Below, piece after piece: positions 48,418-57,279 of a stretch of DNA of 64,000 nt. Source of the DNA: Vampirovibrionaceae bacterium NZW_1234 (GTDB lineage: Bacteria; Cyanobacteriota; Vampirovibrionia; Vampirovibrionales; JAGQHJ01). Below the pieces are notes generated by a model. It was not told the DNA's origin. It saw only the letters and a program-made list of their open reading frames with translations, and searched no databases. The stretch is from assembly GCA_041697335.1 (NCBI GenBank), contig JBGUGD010000016.1, positions 96,001 through 160,000 on the forward strand, read 5' to 3'. A program made the translations under genes and the position numbers. How positions within the stretch are numbered: position 1 is the stretch's first letter; each line of letters starts with the position of its first letter.

Positions 48418-49167
48418 TTAATGTACCGAGGATGGTAATAAAGACTCAATTACAATATCTCGGACAAACGATTTATCTGGTTGCTTGAGGGCATAGCGAA
48501 CTGCTTCGGCTACATTTTCCGGATCCAGCATCTTGCTGTAGTCCGGCGTGTCATGATCACGTAACTGATACTGCAATGGGGTATGGACCTCACCAGGGTA
48601 GATCCCCAAAACTTTGATATTATTCATCCGTTGCTCATCCGCAACACACTGGGTCAAGGCCTTCAACCCAAACTTGGAAGCACAATAGACGCTGGAGTAA
48701 GCAAAAGGAATAGAGCCCGCAATCGAGTTAATATTGACAATCGTCCCACCCTCACCTTGGTGAATCATGTGAGGAAGGACAGCTTTCATCAGATACATGG
48801 GGCCTTTCAAGTTGATATCAATGGTTTTATCAATATCAGAAACCGATAATTCCTGAAATAATTGGAATTTTGGGGCAACTCCAGCATTGTTCACAACAAT
48901 GTCCACACGACCCCAGAGATCCAATGTAGCGTGGACCAAGGAATGAACCGCCTCAGCATCACTTACATCAGCAGGAAAGACCATCAGCTGAGCCGTCGGA
49001 TGTTTGGCAAGTACATCGCGCTGGACTGCGTGTAAATCCGCTGCCGTTCTGGCAGTCATCATTACCTTGACACCTTCATCAGCCAACATGGCGACCAAAG
49101 CCGCCCCAATGCCCTTACCAGCGCCAGTTACAATGGCCACTTGATCCTGTAAACTGAGTGTCGTCAT
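48418..49167 (-). CDS. SDR oxidoreductase, sepiapterin-reductase-like
   Basis: TGAGKGIG, RTAADL, NNAG, YCASK, PGEVHTP; last gene of the PTPS operon. Confidence 0.85.
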   Translation of the reverse strand: MTTLSLQDQVAIVTGAGKGIGAALVAMLADEGVKVMMTARTAADLHAVQRDVLAKHPTAQLMVFPADVSDAEAVHSLVHATLDLWGRVDIVVNNAGVAPKFQLFQELSVSDIDKTIDINLKGPMYLMKAVLPHMIHQGEGGTIVNINSIAGSIPFAYSSVYCASKFGLKALTQCVADEQRMNNIKVLGIYPGEVHTPLQYQLRDHDTPDYSKMLDPENVAEAVRYALKQPDKSFVRDIVIESLLPSSVH

Positions 49168-49200
49168 CGTAATTTTTTATCCTCGTTCTGGTTTGCCTCG

Positions 49201-49614
49201 TTAAATACTATCCTGAGCAACCGCCTCAGCCCAGTTTTGATCGGATTCAAACAGGCGAACTCGAAATAAACGAGCCGGTTCAGGAATGGCGGGTTGAAGC
49301 CGTTCAAAGAAAATTACAACGACATTTTCCACCGTGGTTAAGACGTCCTTGAGGAAGGGAACATCCTGCTCCAAAAAGCGATGATCCACGTGAGTCAATA
49401 TGACCTCTTGCACAATAGCGTCTAAGACAGGCAGGTTAATGATCATCCCGGTCACTGGATCAGGCAGACCCATCACGGTCACTTCTAGTTTGTAATTATG
49501 GCCATGTGTGCGAATACACATGCCAAAGGCCTGTTCGTTTTCCTCGGATGATAACGCCGCATTCCAGAGGCGGTGGGCTGCAGAGAAACTGTAGCATTTT
49601 GTAATGGTCAACAT
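49201..49614 (-). CDS. 6-pyruvoyl/6-carboxy-tetrahydropterin synthase domain with QueD-like CX3HGH motif
   Basis: FSAAHRL, CIRTHGHNY, GMIINL, VDHRFL, TVEN, LFES. Confidence 0.88.
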   Translation of the reverse strand: MLTITKCYSFSAAHRLWNAALSSEENEQAFGMCIRTHGHNYKLEVTVMGLPDPVTGMIINLPVLDAIVQEVILTHVDHRFLEQDVPFLKDVLTTVENVVVIFFERLQPAIPEPARLFRVRLFESDQNWAEAVAQDSI

Positions 49615-50034
49615 TCAAACCATCACCCCATCGTACTCAACAAATAAGTCGGGATTTTCTGTCACCTTGATACGATGCAAAATCAACCCTTTCTGGCCAA
49701 TAGCCGGTGCCAACTGTTCCCAAATATAACAGGCTATGTTTTCTAACGTGGGGATACGGGCGGCAAAAAAGGGCACCTGGGTATTTAAATTTTTGTGATC
49801 CAAGGGTTCAATAATCAAAGCTTTTAACAAGGGATCCAGCTCAAAAAAGTTGATAAGCATGCCTGTTTTCTGATGAATAGGTCCATCTAGAATCACATCC
49901 ACCAGATAATTATGCCCATGGCCTTCCTGGTTGGCACATAGACCAAAAATGTCATGGTTCTGAGCATCGGGCCAGCCCGGGTGCCAGTAATGATGGGCCG
50001 CCGAAAAGGCAATCTGCTTGGCTAAAAAGGGCAT
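49615..50034 (-). CDS. 6-pyruvoyl-tetrahydropterin synthase domain with PTPS-II-like CX5HGH motif
   Basis: FSAAHHY, CANQEGHGHNY, GMLINF, LDHKNLN, PTLEN. Start ATG 50034 after AGGA. Confidence 0.88.
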   Translation of the reverse strand: MPFLAKQIAFSAAHHYWHPGWPDAQNHDIFGLCANQEGHGHNYLVDVILDGPIHQKTGMLINFFELDPLLKALIIEPLDHKNLNTQVPFFAARIPTLENIACYIWEQLAPAIGQKGLILHRIKVTENPDLFVEYDGVMV

Positions 50035-50111
50035 GACACGTCCTGACTCTGATGACATCGTCTTTCTAATTCTAGGGCAAAGCGGCCTCAAAGTCAGCAA
50101 AACCCTCAGAC

Positions 50112-50140
50112 TTGATTTCAACCTATGTGAACGATAGAAT
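50112..50140 (+). promoter_or_regulatory. Sigma70-type promoter of rpmE
   Basis: TTGATT-N17-TAGAAT ending about 45 nt upstream of the rpmE ATG. Confidence 0.55.
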
Positions 50141-50185
50141 TACCCACACTGATCTATTTGACTTACTATCAGGAGTGTCCAACCT

Positions 50186-50479
50186 ATGAAATCCGGGATT
50201 CACCCAGAATACCATGCCGTTGAAGCCACCTGCGTTTGCGGCAACGTTATCTTAACCGGCTCCACCAGCAAAGCCGTCAAAATGGATATTTGCAGCGCCT
50301 GCCACCCGTTCTTTACCGGTACCCAAAAGATTATCGATACCGAGGGTCGGGTTGAGAAATTCAAAAAGCGCTACACCCAATCAGAAAACCTTCGCAAATC
50401 CAATAAAAAAGGCGCGAAAGCCGAGCCTGCGGCGGATGCTCCTGAAACCCCGGCCGCTGAAACAAACACGGAAGCATAG
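50186..50479 (+). CDS. rpmE: 50S ribosomal protein L31 (zinc-binding type)
   Basis: [42 protein letters not shown]. Confidence 0.97.
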   Translation: MKSGIHPEYHAVEATCVCGNVILTGSTSKAVKMDICSACHPFFTGTQKIIDTEGRVEKFKKRYTQSENLRKSNKKGAKAEPAADAPETPAAETNTEA

Positions 50480-50584
50480 CCTTATTGCCGCTCCTGCCTG
50501 TTGCGACCACCCCTGGTCGTAATCTCTTGGGCCGGGTAGAATAATAAGGGTATGACGTGTTAACAGCAGATTCGGCGCCGCATA

Positions 50585-51676
50585 ATGCAACAACTGATTG
50601 ATAAAATGGAAGAGGTCGAAAAGACCTATCACGCCCTGGGTGAACAATTGTCTCAGCCGGAAATCTTGGCTGACTCCAACAAGCTTCGCGACATCTCTAA
50701 ACGTCGCGCCGCTTTGGAAAGCACGATGGAGGTCTTTCAAGACTGGAAACAAACCCAGGCAGACCTCAATGATTCGCGTGAACTGCTTCACGGCGAAACG
50801 GACGGCGAGATGCGAGAGTTTTTGCAAAACGAAATCGTTCGTCTGGAAAGCAAAATTGAAAACCTGGTTGAGAAGATGCGGGTCCTCTTGTTGCCACGAG
50901 ATCCGATGGATGACAAGGATATTATGTTGGAAATTCGCGGCAGTGCCGGTGGGGATGAAGCCAACATCTTTGCCGCCGACTTGATGCGAATGTACATGCG
51001 CTATGCCTCTGATGTAGGTTGGCGAACTGAAATCATCAGCGTCTCAGACAATGAGCTGGGCGGTGTTAGTGAGGTCATCATTGCGATTAAGGGTGACAAC
51101 GTCTATAGTCGTCTTAAATACGAATCCGGCGTTCATCGTGTCCAACGGGTTCCGGTTACCGAATCCCAGGGCCGGGTTCATACCAGCACTGCCACCGTCG
51201 CGGTAATGCCGGAAGTAGAAGATGTATCCATCGAAATTAACCCCAATGACATTGAAATTCAGACCACGCGAAGCGGTGGTGCTGGAGGACAGAATGTTAA
51301 CAAGGTAGAAACTGCCGTTCGCCTCTTCCACAAACCATCCGGAATCCAGGTACACTGTACAGAAGAGCGTAGCCAACTTCAGAACAAAGAACGGGCCATG
51401 CAAATTCTGAAGGCCAAGCTTTATGACCTGGAATTGCAGAAGCAGATGAAAGAAATTACGGACTTACGTCGCTCCCAGGTAGGCACCGGAGACCGGAGTG
51501 AGCGGATCCGCACCTACAATTTTCCCCAAGACCGGGTCACGGATCACCGGATTGGTCAAAACTTTCCGTTAACTCCGATTATCAATGGCGAACTGGCCCC
51601 TGTGTTAGATGCCTTACAACAAGCGGACCAAAAAGCGAAGCTGGAAAAGCTGGCTGAATCGGCCCCTGTGGGCTAG
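50585..51676 (+). CDS. prfA: Peptide chain release factor 1
   Basis: [16 protein letters not shown] (PxT anticodon), [23 protein letters not shown]. Confidence 0.97.
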   Translation: MQQLIDKMEEVEKTYHALGEQLSQPEILADSNKLRDISKRRAALESTMEVFQDWKQTQADLNDSRELLHGETDGEMREFLQNEIVRLESKIENLVEKMRVLLLPRDPMDDKDIMLEIRGSAGGDEANIFAADLMRMYMRYASDVGWRTEIISVSDNELGGVSEVIIAIKGDNVYSRLKYESGVHRVQRVPVTESQGRVHTSTATVAVMPEVEDVSIEINPNDIEIQTTRSGGAGGQNVNKVETAVRLFHKPSGIQVHCTEERSQLQNKERAMQILKAKLYDLELQKQMKEITDLRRSQVGTGDRSERIRTYNFPQDRVTDHRIGQNFPLTPIINGELAPVLDALQQADQKAKLEKLAESAPVG

Positions 51677-51688
51677 GAGCCCATCTGG

Positions 51689-52456
51689 ATGGGTATTCTA
51701 AAAAGCAGAACCGATATTCAAACCTTTACCCAAGCTGCCCATATTGCTGGCTTGGTGTGTGATGCCTTAATGGACGCCGCCCTGCCCGGGGTCACCACAA
51801 TGGAACTGGAGTCCTTGGCTAACCGCCTTTTACAGCAGCAGCGTTCTTCAGCGCCCTTTAAACTCTTCGAAGGGTTTAACCATGCCTGTTGCATTTCCAT
51901 CAACGACGAGATCGTCAATGGCCTGCCTGCACGCGATCGGGCCTTGCAGGAAGGCGATGTCATCAGTATCGCTGTCGGCAGCTGTTATCGGGATTATTAT
52001 GGAAAGGCAGCCCGAACCCGCTATTTGGGTGCCCATTGCCCTTCTGATATCCAGCAGTTGATAGAGGGCACAGACAGGGCTATTGCCGCCGTGATTGCTG
52101 CCTCTAAAACGACAACCTCCTTAAAACAGATGCTTCAGGCTATTGTCGATACAGCACATGCGTTTAATCTTCAAATTATCGATAGGTCCGCAGGCTGTGG
52201 CATTGGTAAGCAGCTTCATGATGCCCCGGCCACCTACAATCATCCGGATTGGTTAGACGAGGATGTCGAAGTGATCCCGGGAATGGCCTTTACATTAATG
52301 CCCATGATGACACTTGGGCCGACCGGCCAGTGGACCCTTCACGCGGATGGCTGGACCCAAGTGACCCAAGACGGAGCCACGGCTGCTCATATTGCCGACA
52401 GCTGCCTTATGACTGAAACAGGTCTGATTAACCTTAGTCGGATTCCTTCGGCCTAG
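51689..52456 (+). CDS. Methionine aminopeptidase-fold (M24) protein lacking the metal ligands (pseudo-MetAP)
   Basis: PGVTT.EL, CISIND, GIG..LH..P, PGM.FT..PM and DGWT align with Map, but all five ligands are substituted. AGGAG SD. Confidence 0.85.
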   Translation: MGILKSRTDIQTFTQAAHIAGLVCDALMDAALPGVTTMELESLANRLLQQQRSSAPFKLFEGFNHACCISINDEIVNGLPARDRALQEGDVISIAVGSCYRDYYGKAARTRYLGAHCPSDIQQLIEGTDRAIAAVIAASKTTTSLKQMLQAIVDTAHAFNLQIIDRSAGCGIGKQLHDAPATYNHPDWLDEDVEVIPGMAFTLMPMMTLGPTGQWTLHADGWTQVTQDGATAAHIADSCLMTETGLINLSRIPSA

Positions 52457-52607
52457 GAGGGACTAACTCCAGGATCAAGCCTGGTCGAGGGATTTCTTCC
52501 TGAGCTGGTCAGGTCGTGCTTGCATTGGCTATAATAAACGCGTATTCTGGGCTCAGGGACATTGCGAGTATCTTACTCGTGCTGGCTGTAGAGGGAGGCG
52601 AAAAACC

Positions 52608-52751
52608 ATGAGTCATAGGAACCATTATGACCCCTTGGCCATCCCTCACAAGAGGGACTCAACTTTTCCAGACAATCGTCGATACCCCCTCCATAGTGAT
52701 GAGGCTGTCCTGAAATCAAAAACCCGAGTAACCTCCCCAGGACAAGGTTAG
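52608..52751 (+). CDS. Candidate small protein (47 aa)
   Basis: AGAGGGAGG SD; MSHRNHYDPLAIPHKRDSTFPDNRRYPLHSDEAVLKSKTRVTSPGQG*; stop codon abuts the next gene's SD. Confidence 0.45.
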   Translation: MSHRNHYDPLAIPHKRDSTFPDNRRYPLHSDEAVLKSKTRVTSPGQG

Positions 52752-52762
52752 AGGAAACGCTT

Positions 52763-53944
52763 ATGTTCTTAGTGAACCAGCCTTACGGACTCGAAATTCC
52801 TTGGGAAACCCTTGAAGGAATGTTAAAAGGCATATCGGCCATTGACATGAATCATGTCGGCCACACAAGCATAGAAGAGGCCGAGCAATTCATCTTGAAC
52901 TACGGCTATGATTATCATGACCCTGCAGATAGGGACGAATTAACCCGAATCAAAGCCGAAGCCATCTCCTTTATCCAACGTCGTTTTTTAGATGCCGACA
53001 TTGACTGGCAAGCTCTGGGCGAAGAAACCTTGGATTTAGCCATCCCTCCCTGCATCACTCAGAATGATGATATCCGAAAGCTCTTGCTTTTGGCTTCCCA
53101 AGGTGCCTCCATTGAACAACGCTGGGCCTGTGCCGTACTCAAAGTCATGCATATTATTTCTCATATTAACAATGCCATCTTGTACCGTTACTTTGAAGCG
53201 GCCAAAAGCCAAATATTAAGCCGGTATCAGAAGGTATTGTCCTACACCGACAGCGGCGAACTACTGCTGGGTAGCTCGGAAGATGTTCAGCTGGCTCTGG
53301 CTGGGTTTGAAATCAAGGACGAAAAATCCCGAGACAGTATCTTAATGAAACTCTTGTGCAAGCGTGAAAACGTGGCTGAAGAGGTCTTTGACATGATTGG
53401 GGTCCGTATTATTACCCATACATCGGCCGAAGCCATATTGGCCGTCGAAATCCTACGTCGGGCCAAAATTCTCCTGTTTCCCAACATCATCCCCAGCCGT
53501 AGCCGTAATTCACTCATGGATGTAGACGATTTTAAAATCCAGTACGATGAGGCCCTTGAAAAATACCAATGGGGTGAAACCCGGCTGGAAGATACCTTGC
53601 AGGCTATTTCACAGATCACGTCAGATACGCCTCCAGAAACGTTTAATCCCCAAAACGCCTCAACATTGGAGTCTTACCGCTCAATGCACCTGACGCAACG
53701 TCAGTTAATCCGGGTGCGCATGGACGGCACCGAAGAAGAGACTCGCTTTTTCTTCCCCTATGAACTCCAGATTGTGGATGAGGCCAATTACTTGCAAAAC
53801 AGTGCTGGCAGCAGTGCTCACAGCCTCTACAAGCAGAAACAACTGGTTCAGGCTCGCCGTCGGGTCCTAGGCCCCTTGTTTATCGCTCTTCGCAAACAAA
53901 ACCGCCATGCCACTGCCGATCTTGAGCCCAACGCCACGCCTTAA
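52763..53944 (+). CDS. RelA/SpoT-like nucleotidyltransferase (TIGR04552-like family, from recall)
   Basis: KSRDSILMKLL, FDMIGVR, SYRSMH, FPYELQIVD and AHSLYK in RelA/SpoT synthetase motif order. Confidence 0.8.
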   Translation: MFLVNQPYGLEIPWETLEGMLKGISAIDMNHVGHTSIEEAEQFILNYGYDYHDPADRDELTRIKAEAISFIQRRFLDADIDWQALGEETLDLAIPPCITQNDDIRKLLLLASQGASIEQRWACAVLKVMHIISHINNAILYRYFEAAKSQILSRYQKVLSYTDSGELLLGSSEDVQLALAGFEIKDEKSRDSILMKLLCKRENVAEEVFDMIGVRIITHTSAEAILAVEILRRAKILLFPNIIPSRSRNSLMDVDDFKIQYDEALEKYQWGETRLEDTLQAISQITSDTPPETFNPQNASTLESYRSMHLTQRQLIRVRMDGTEEETRFFFPYELQIVDEANYLQNSAGSSAHSLYKQKQLVQARRRVLGPLFIALRKQNRHATADLEPNATP

Positions 53945-54407
53945 AACGGCCTTATACAATACACTGGAGACAGAGTCTCCATGGCAGGCAACCTCTGACT
54001 GGGGTTGCTGGTACTGGCCTGATACCTTCTCAGGTGCTAGTTTTGCGGTTCGTTGGCAGCCACCCTCATCTCAACGAGCGCTAAACGCCCAAGGACTGCG
54101 TTCGCTGAGCTGGACACTCAGATCGCCAGCGTTTTCGGCTTGGCTTGACCAGAATGGCATTGCCCATGGGTATTGGATCATCACCTCAGCCGGCGCGGAT
54201 GTCCACGATCCTTTTGCCTCATTCAAAGCCCTCAACCAGCTGATTGAAACGGTTTTGGATCTCAAGCATACTCATTCCATGAGCTTTACGGGTGTTGTTG
54301 ATACACCGCTAGGCACATACGGCGGCGCCTCCCTCTTCCTGGCCACGGTATGTGACAGCCTGTGGTGTGATACTCCGACAGATCTTCACCTCCTTGGCAA
54401 CCATTAA
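53907..54407 (+). CDS. Hypothetical protein, truncated carboxyltransferase/crotonase-like domain
   Basis: TSAGADVHD...GVVDTPLGTYGGASLFLATVCD...LHLLG resembles AccD/MdcD motif spacing. Confidence 0.5.
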   Translation: MPLPILSPTPRLKTALYNTLETESPWQATSDWGCWYWPDTFSGASFAVRWQPPSSQRALNAQGLRSLSWTLRSPAFSAWLDQNGIAHGYWIITSAGADVHDPFASFKALNQLIETVLDLKHTHSMSFTGVVDTPLGTYGGASLFLATVCDSLWCDTPTDLHLLGNH

Positions 54408-54442
54408 CACCAAAGCCCGTATCACCAAAACTCAGCTCAAGT

Positions 54443-56038
54443 TCAGCAAACTTGGGGCTGAACACGCTCCACACCTGCCAAGGCCAAGGGATGTTGTGGC
54501 TCCAGCGCCAACGCCTTTTGATAGTAGTCCAATGCCTGGGCATATTGCCCTAAGCCTTCATGGCTCACGGCGATATAACAGAACGCCAAACTATCATCAC
54601 GACCCAGAATGTACATATAGTGTTGAAAAGCTGCTTTGCAATCCTCATAAGCAGCCAGCTCCAGAAACACCATACCAAACCATTTATAGAACATAGCTTC
54701 CGTTGCTTCAGAAGGGAAAAACAAATTGGCTTCGACCCGTTTCAAGACTTGGACAATGTCCTGCTGCTGAAACGTCCATTCCACCGTACTGGCATGCTCG
54801 AGAATCTTGTCTTTACAGAGATTAAAGACCAAGGGATCCCAATGGCACAGCTTGAGCATACCGATACAGCTTTTCAGGATCTCTGCGCCAGGCTCATTGA
54901 GCTGGCCTTTCAACAAGGTCTGGGCATGGTAAAGACTGTTAATGGCGTTTTGATCACTCAAGACTTGTCCAAACGTATACTCGGCACGTTCACAACGTGA
55001 CTCCGCCTCTGGCCACAAGACCCCCATTGCGGTTTCCAAAAACAATGTATTATCCGCCGTAACCCACATCTGGCCGTGCTGGGCTGCCGCATAGCGTTGA
55101 AGCGCATCAAAGTTCACCATAAAGGACATAGCCCCCCCATGAATCCCATAGTGATGCTGGCGCTTGCCTCGAATCAGATCTGGGCTGACAAATCCTTTAT
55201 CCGTAGCCAGTAAAATGACCCGATTATCCGACAAGCACTGCAAATTCTGGAGGGTTCGAAATGCTCCAATAGGGAAGATAAAGCTGGCTTCAGGATACGC
55301 TCGGGCATAGTCGGCCAAAATCCCATCCAATACTGCATCCTGATAGTAGGGGAGGACAATAGGCAGGGCCCGCTCTTCTCGGCTCAAATCCGCAATGCGT
55401 AAGGTTTCCGGTGTCTTTCCCAAATGGGCAGGGGCATAAAAGTCCAAGCGGATCTCAGCCAACTGCCCCCCTTCCACACAAAAGAGATCATGCTTCAAGG
55501 TATCGAAACAGTAATTGGCCAGAGCCACCACCGGATTTTTTAGCTGCCCTTGGCCCAATGTCTTCTTGGACCATCGTAAGCAAAGTGACTCTTGATCTTC
55601 AGGCCGAAATACAGCGGCATCCAAGAGCCCGGCTTCAAAGTAGGGTTTCAGCTTAGGGTGCTGCTCCCAAAAGGTCACCAGATTTTCCGTAAAGTCGGTT
55701 AAAACATAGCAGAACTTGATGTTTTTAAGGCTCGGCAAACGGGTGTGCTTTTCCGCGAGGGCTTTAAGCACGTAAAACCCCAGGGTCCCGGACCCGGCAG
55801 CCAATTCCAGGAGGTAAACCGGCTCTTGGGACGAAAGCAGATCCCGCTGATCGGCCAGGGCATTCAAAATCAGATCGGCATAGATGCTTCCCAAGAAGGC
55901 ATTACTGGTGGGGTAAAACGGAATCTGCTCCTCCCAAGCCCCGATACTCTCCTGATCATAATAAGCCTCCATCAGGGGCCATAAAATCGACTCGGACAGT
56001 CGTGTGTTGTGACTGACACAGACCCGATCAGCGGACAT
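54443..56038 (-). CDS. SAM-dependent methyltransferase (MidA/NDUFAF7-like) with C-terminal TPRs
   Basis: LLELAAGSG, YVLTDF, ANYCFD, DKG, SFMVNFDA; TPR GQYAQALDYYQKALALEP. Confidence 0.8.
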   Translation of the reverse strand: MSADRVCVSHNTRLSESILWPLMEAYYDQESIGAWEEQIPFYPTSNAFLGSIYADLILNALADQRDLLSSQEPVYLLELAAGSGTLGFYVLKALAEKHTRLPSLKNIKFCYVLTDFTENLVTFWEQHPKLKPYFEAGLLDAAVFRPEDQESLCLRWSKKTLGQGQLKNPVVALANYCFDTLKHDLFCVEGGQLAEIRLDFYAPAHLGKTPETLRIADLSREERALPIVLPYYQDAVLDGILADYARAYPEASFIFPIGAFRTLQNLQCLSDNRVILLATDKGFVSPDLIRGKRQHHYGIHGGAMSFMVNFDALQRYAAAQHGQMWVTADNTLFLETAMGVLWPEAESRCERAEYTFGQVLSDQNAINSLYHAQTLLKGQLNEPGAEILKSCIGMLKLCHWDPLVFNLCKDKILEHASTVEWTFQQQDIVQVLKRVEANLFFPSEATEAMFYKWFGMVFLELAAYEDCKAAFQHYMYILGRDDSLAFCYIAVSHEGLGQYAQALDYYQKALALEPQHPLALAGVERVQPQVC

Positions 56039-56067
56039 CTAGAAACTCCTACCCGGACGAAACACCA

Positions 56068-56541
56068 TTAACAGTGAAGCCCCTTCAGCCCGCGTTTTTG
56101 AAAGTACTGCTGGTGGTAGTCTTCAGCCGGATAGAATTGGGGCGCAGGCTTGACTTCGGTCACAATAGGTTTGCCCGCGTAGCGACTGGCTTGTAACGCG
56201 AGAATTGCCTCGTTCACCTGGGCTTGCTGTTCAGGGGCATGGTAAAAGACCGCTGAGCGGTACTGATGCCCAATATCCGGGCCTTGGCGATTCAGTGTGG
56301 TCGGGTCATGGATTTCCCAGAACACATTGAGCAACACGTCATACGAGACTGCCTGTGGATCAAAGGTTACTTCAACAGCCTCGGCATGCCCCGTATTTCC
56401 TGTACAGACCTCTTCATAGGTCGGATTTTCCTTGTGGCCGCCAATGTAGCCGACTTGCGTCGAAAGGACACCCGGAATTTCCTGAAATGCCGCTTCCACA
56501 TGCCAAAAACAGCCTGCCGCAAAGGTTGCTTTCTCACTCAT
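56068..56541 (-). CDS. msrA: Peptide-methionine (S)-S-oxide reductase
   Basis: [46 protein letters not shown] supports start 56541. Confidence 0.96.
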   Translation of the reverse strand: MSEKATFAAGCFWHVEAAFQEIPGVLSTQVGYIGGHKENPTYEEVCTGNTGHAEAVEVTFDPQAVSYDVLLNVFWEIHDPTTLNRQGPDIGHQYRSAVFYHAPEQQAQVNEAILALQASRYAGKPIVTEVKPAPQFYPAEDYHQQYFQKRGLKGLHC

Positions 56542-56709
56542 CGGTATTTCCTCCATTGGCTATCCATCATTACCTACCCCGTAGGTTGCCATTTCTCCAT
56601 CATACCATTGGTGATCCAGCCTTGCATCGGCCACGCTGATCGCAAAAAGCCTGGCAATTTTTTGGCTGGCGCGGGTTTAGTATGAGCACGTGTGAGGAGG
56701 ACCCATGCC

Positions 56710-57279
56710 TTGTTAACACCCGGCCCAACATCCTATACCGCTTTGCCCGGATGGCCTTACATTCCCGCGCAACCCTACCTGCCCGCCGCTCCCATGCCCT
56801 CGACCCAGGCAGGGCCAGCGCCGACATTATCACCGGTGCCCATTCCCTACCCCTACCCTGCCTTTTTGTTACCAAGATCCCCAATAGCACCTGTGAATCC
56901 CTTACCGGTGAATGCCTCCTCAACACCCACGCAATCCAACGTGTCGGCACCACGAGACATTGAAGAAGTGCGGGCCAGCCATATTCTTGTCAAAACGCAG
57001 GCTGAGGCAGCCCAATGGCGCCAAAAGATCCTCTCCGGACAGATTAGCTTTGAAGAGGCCGCAAAACAGGTCTCGACATGCCCTTCAGGCAAAAAAGGAG
57101 GCGACCTGGGCTTTTTTGATCGAGAGCAAATGGTGGAAGCCTTTAGCAAAGCCGCATTTTCGCTACCCAAAGGCCAACTCTCGGAGCCCGTGGAAACGCC
57201 CTTTGGCTGGCACCTGATCAAGGTTGTGGATCAAAAACTGGCTAACCCCAATGCTGCTCAGATCGCTAGCGAGCGTTAG
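56710..57279 (+). CDS. Parvulin-type peptidyl-prolyl isomerase with proline-rich N-terminal extension
   Basis: VRASHILV, S.CPSG.KGGDLG.F, MV..F..AAF, PVETPFGWHLI. GAGGAGG SD lies 9 nt before an in-frame TTG. Confidence 0.9.
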   Translation: MLTPGPTSYTALPGWPYIPAQPYLPAAPMPSTQAGPAPTLSPVPIPYPYPAFLLPRSPIAPVNPLPVNASSTPTQSNVSAPRDIEEVRASHILVKTQAEAAQWRQKILSGQISFEEAAKQVSTCPSGKKGGDLGFFDREQMVEAFSKAAFSLPKGQLSEPVETPFGWHLIKVVDQKLANPNAAQIASER

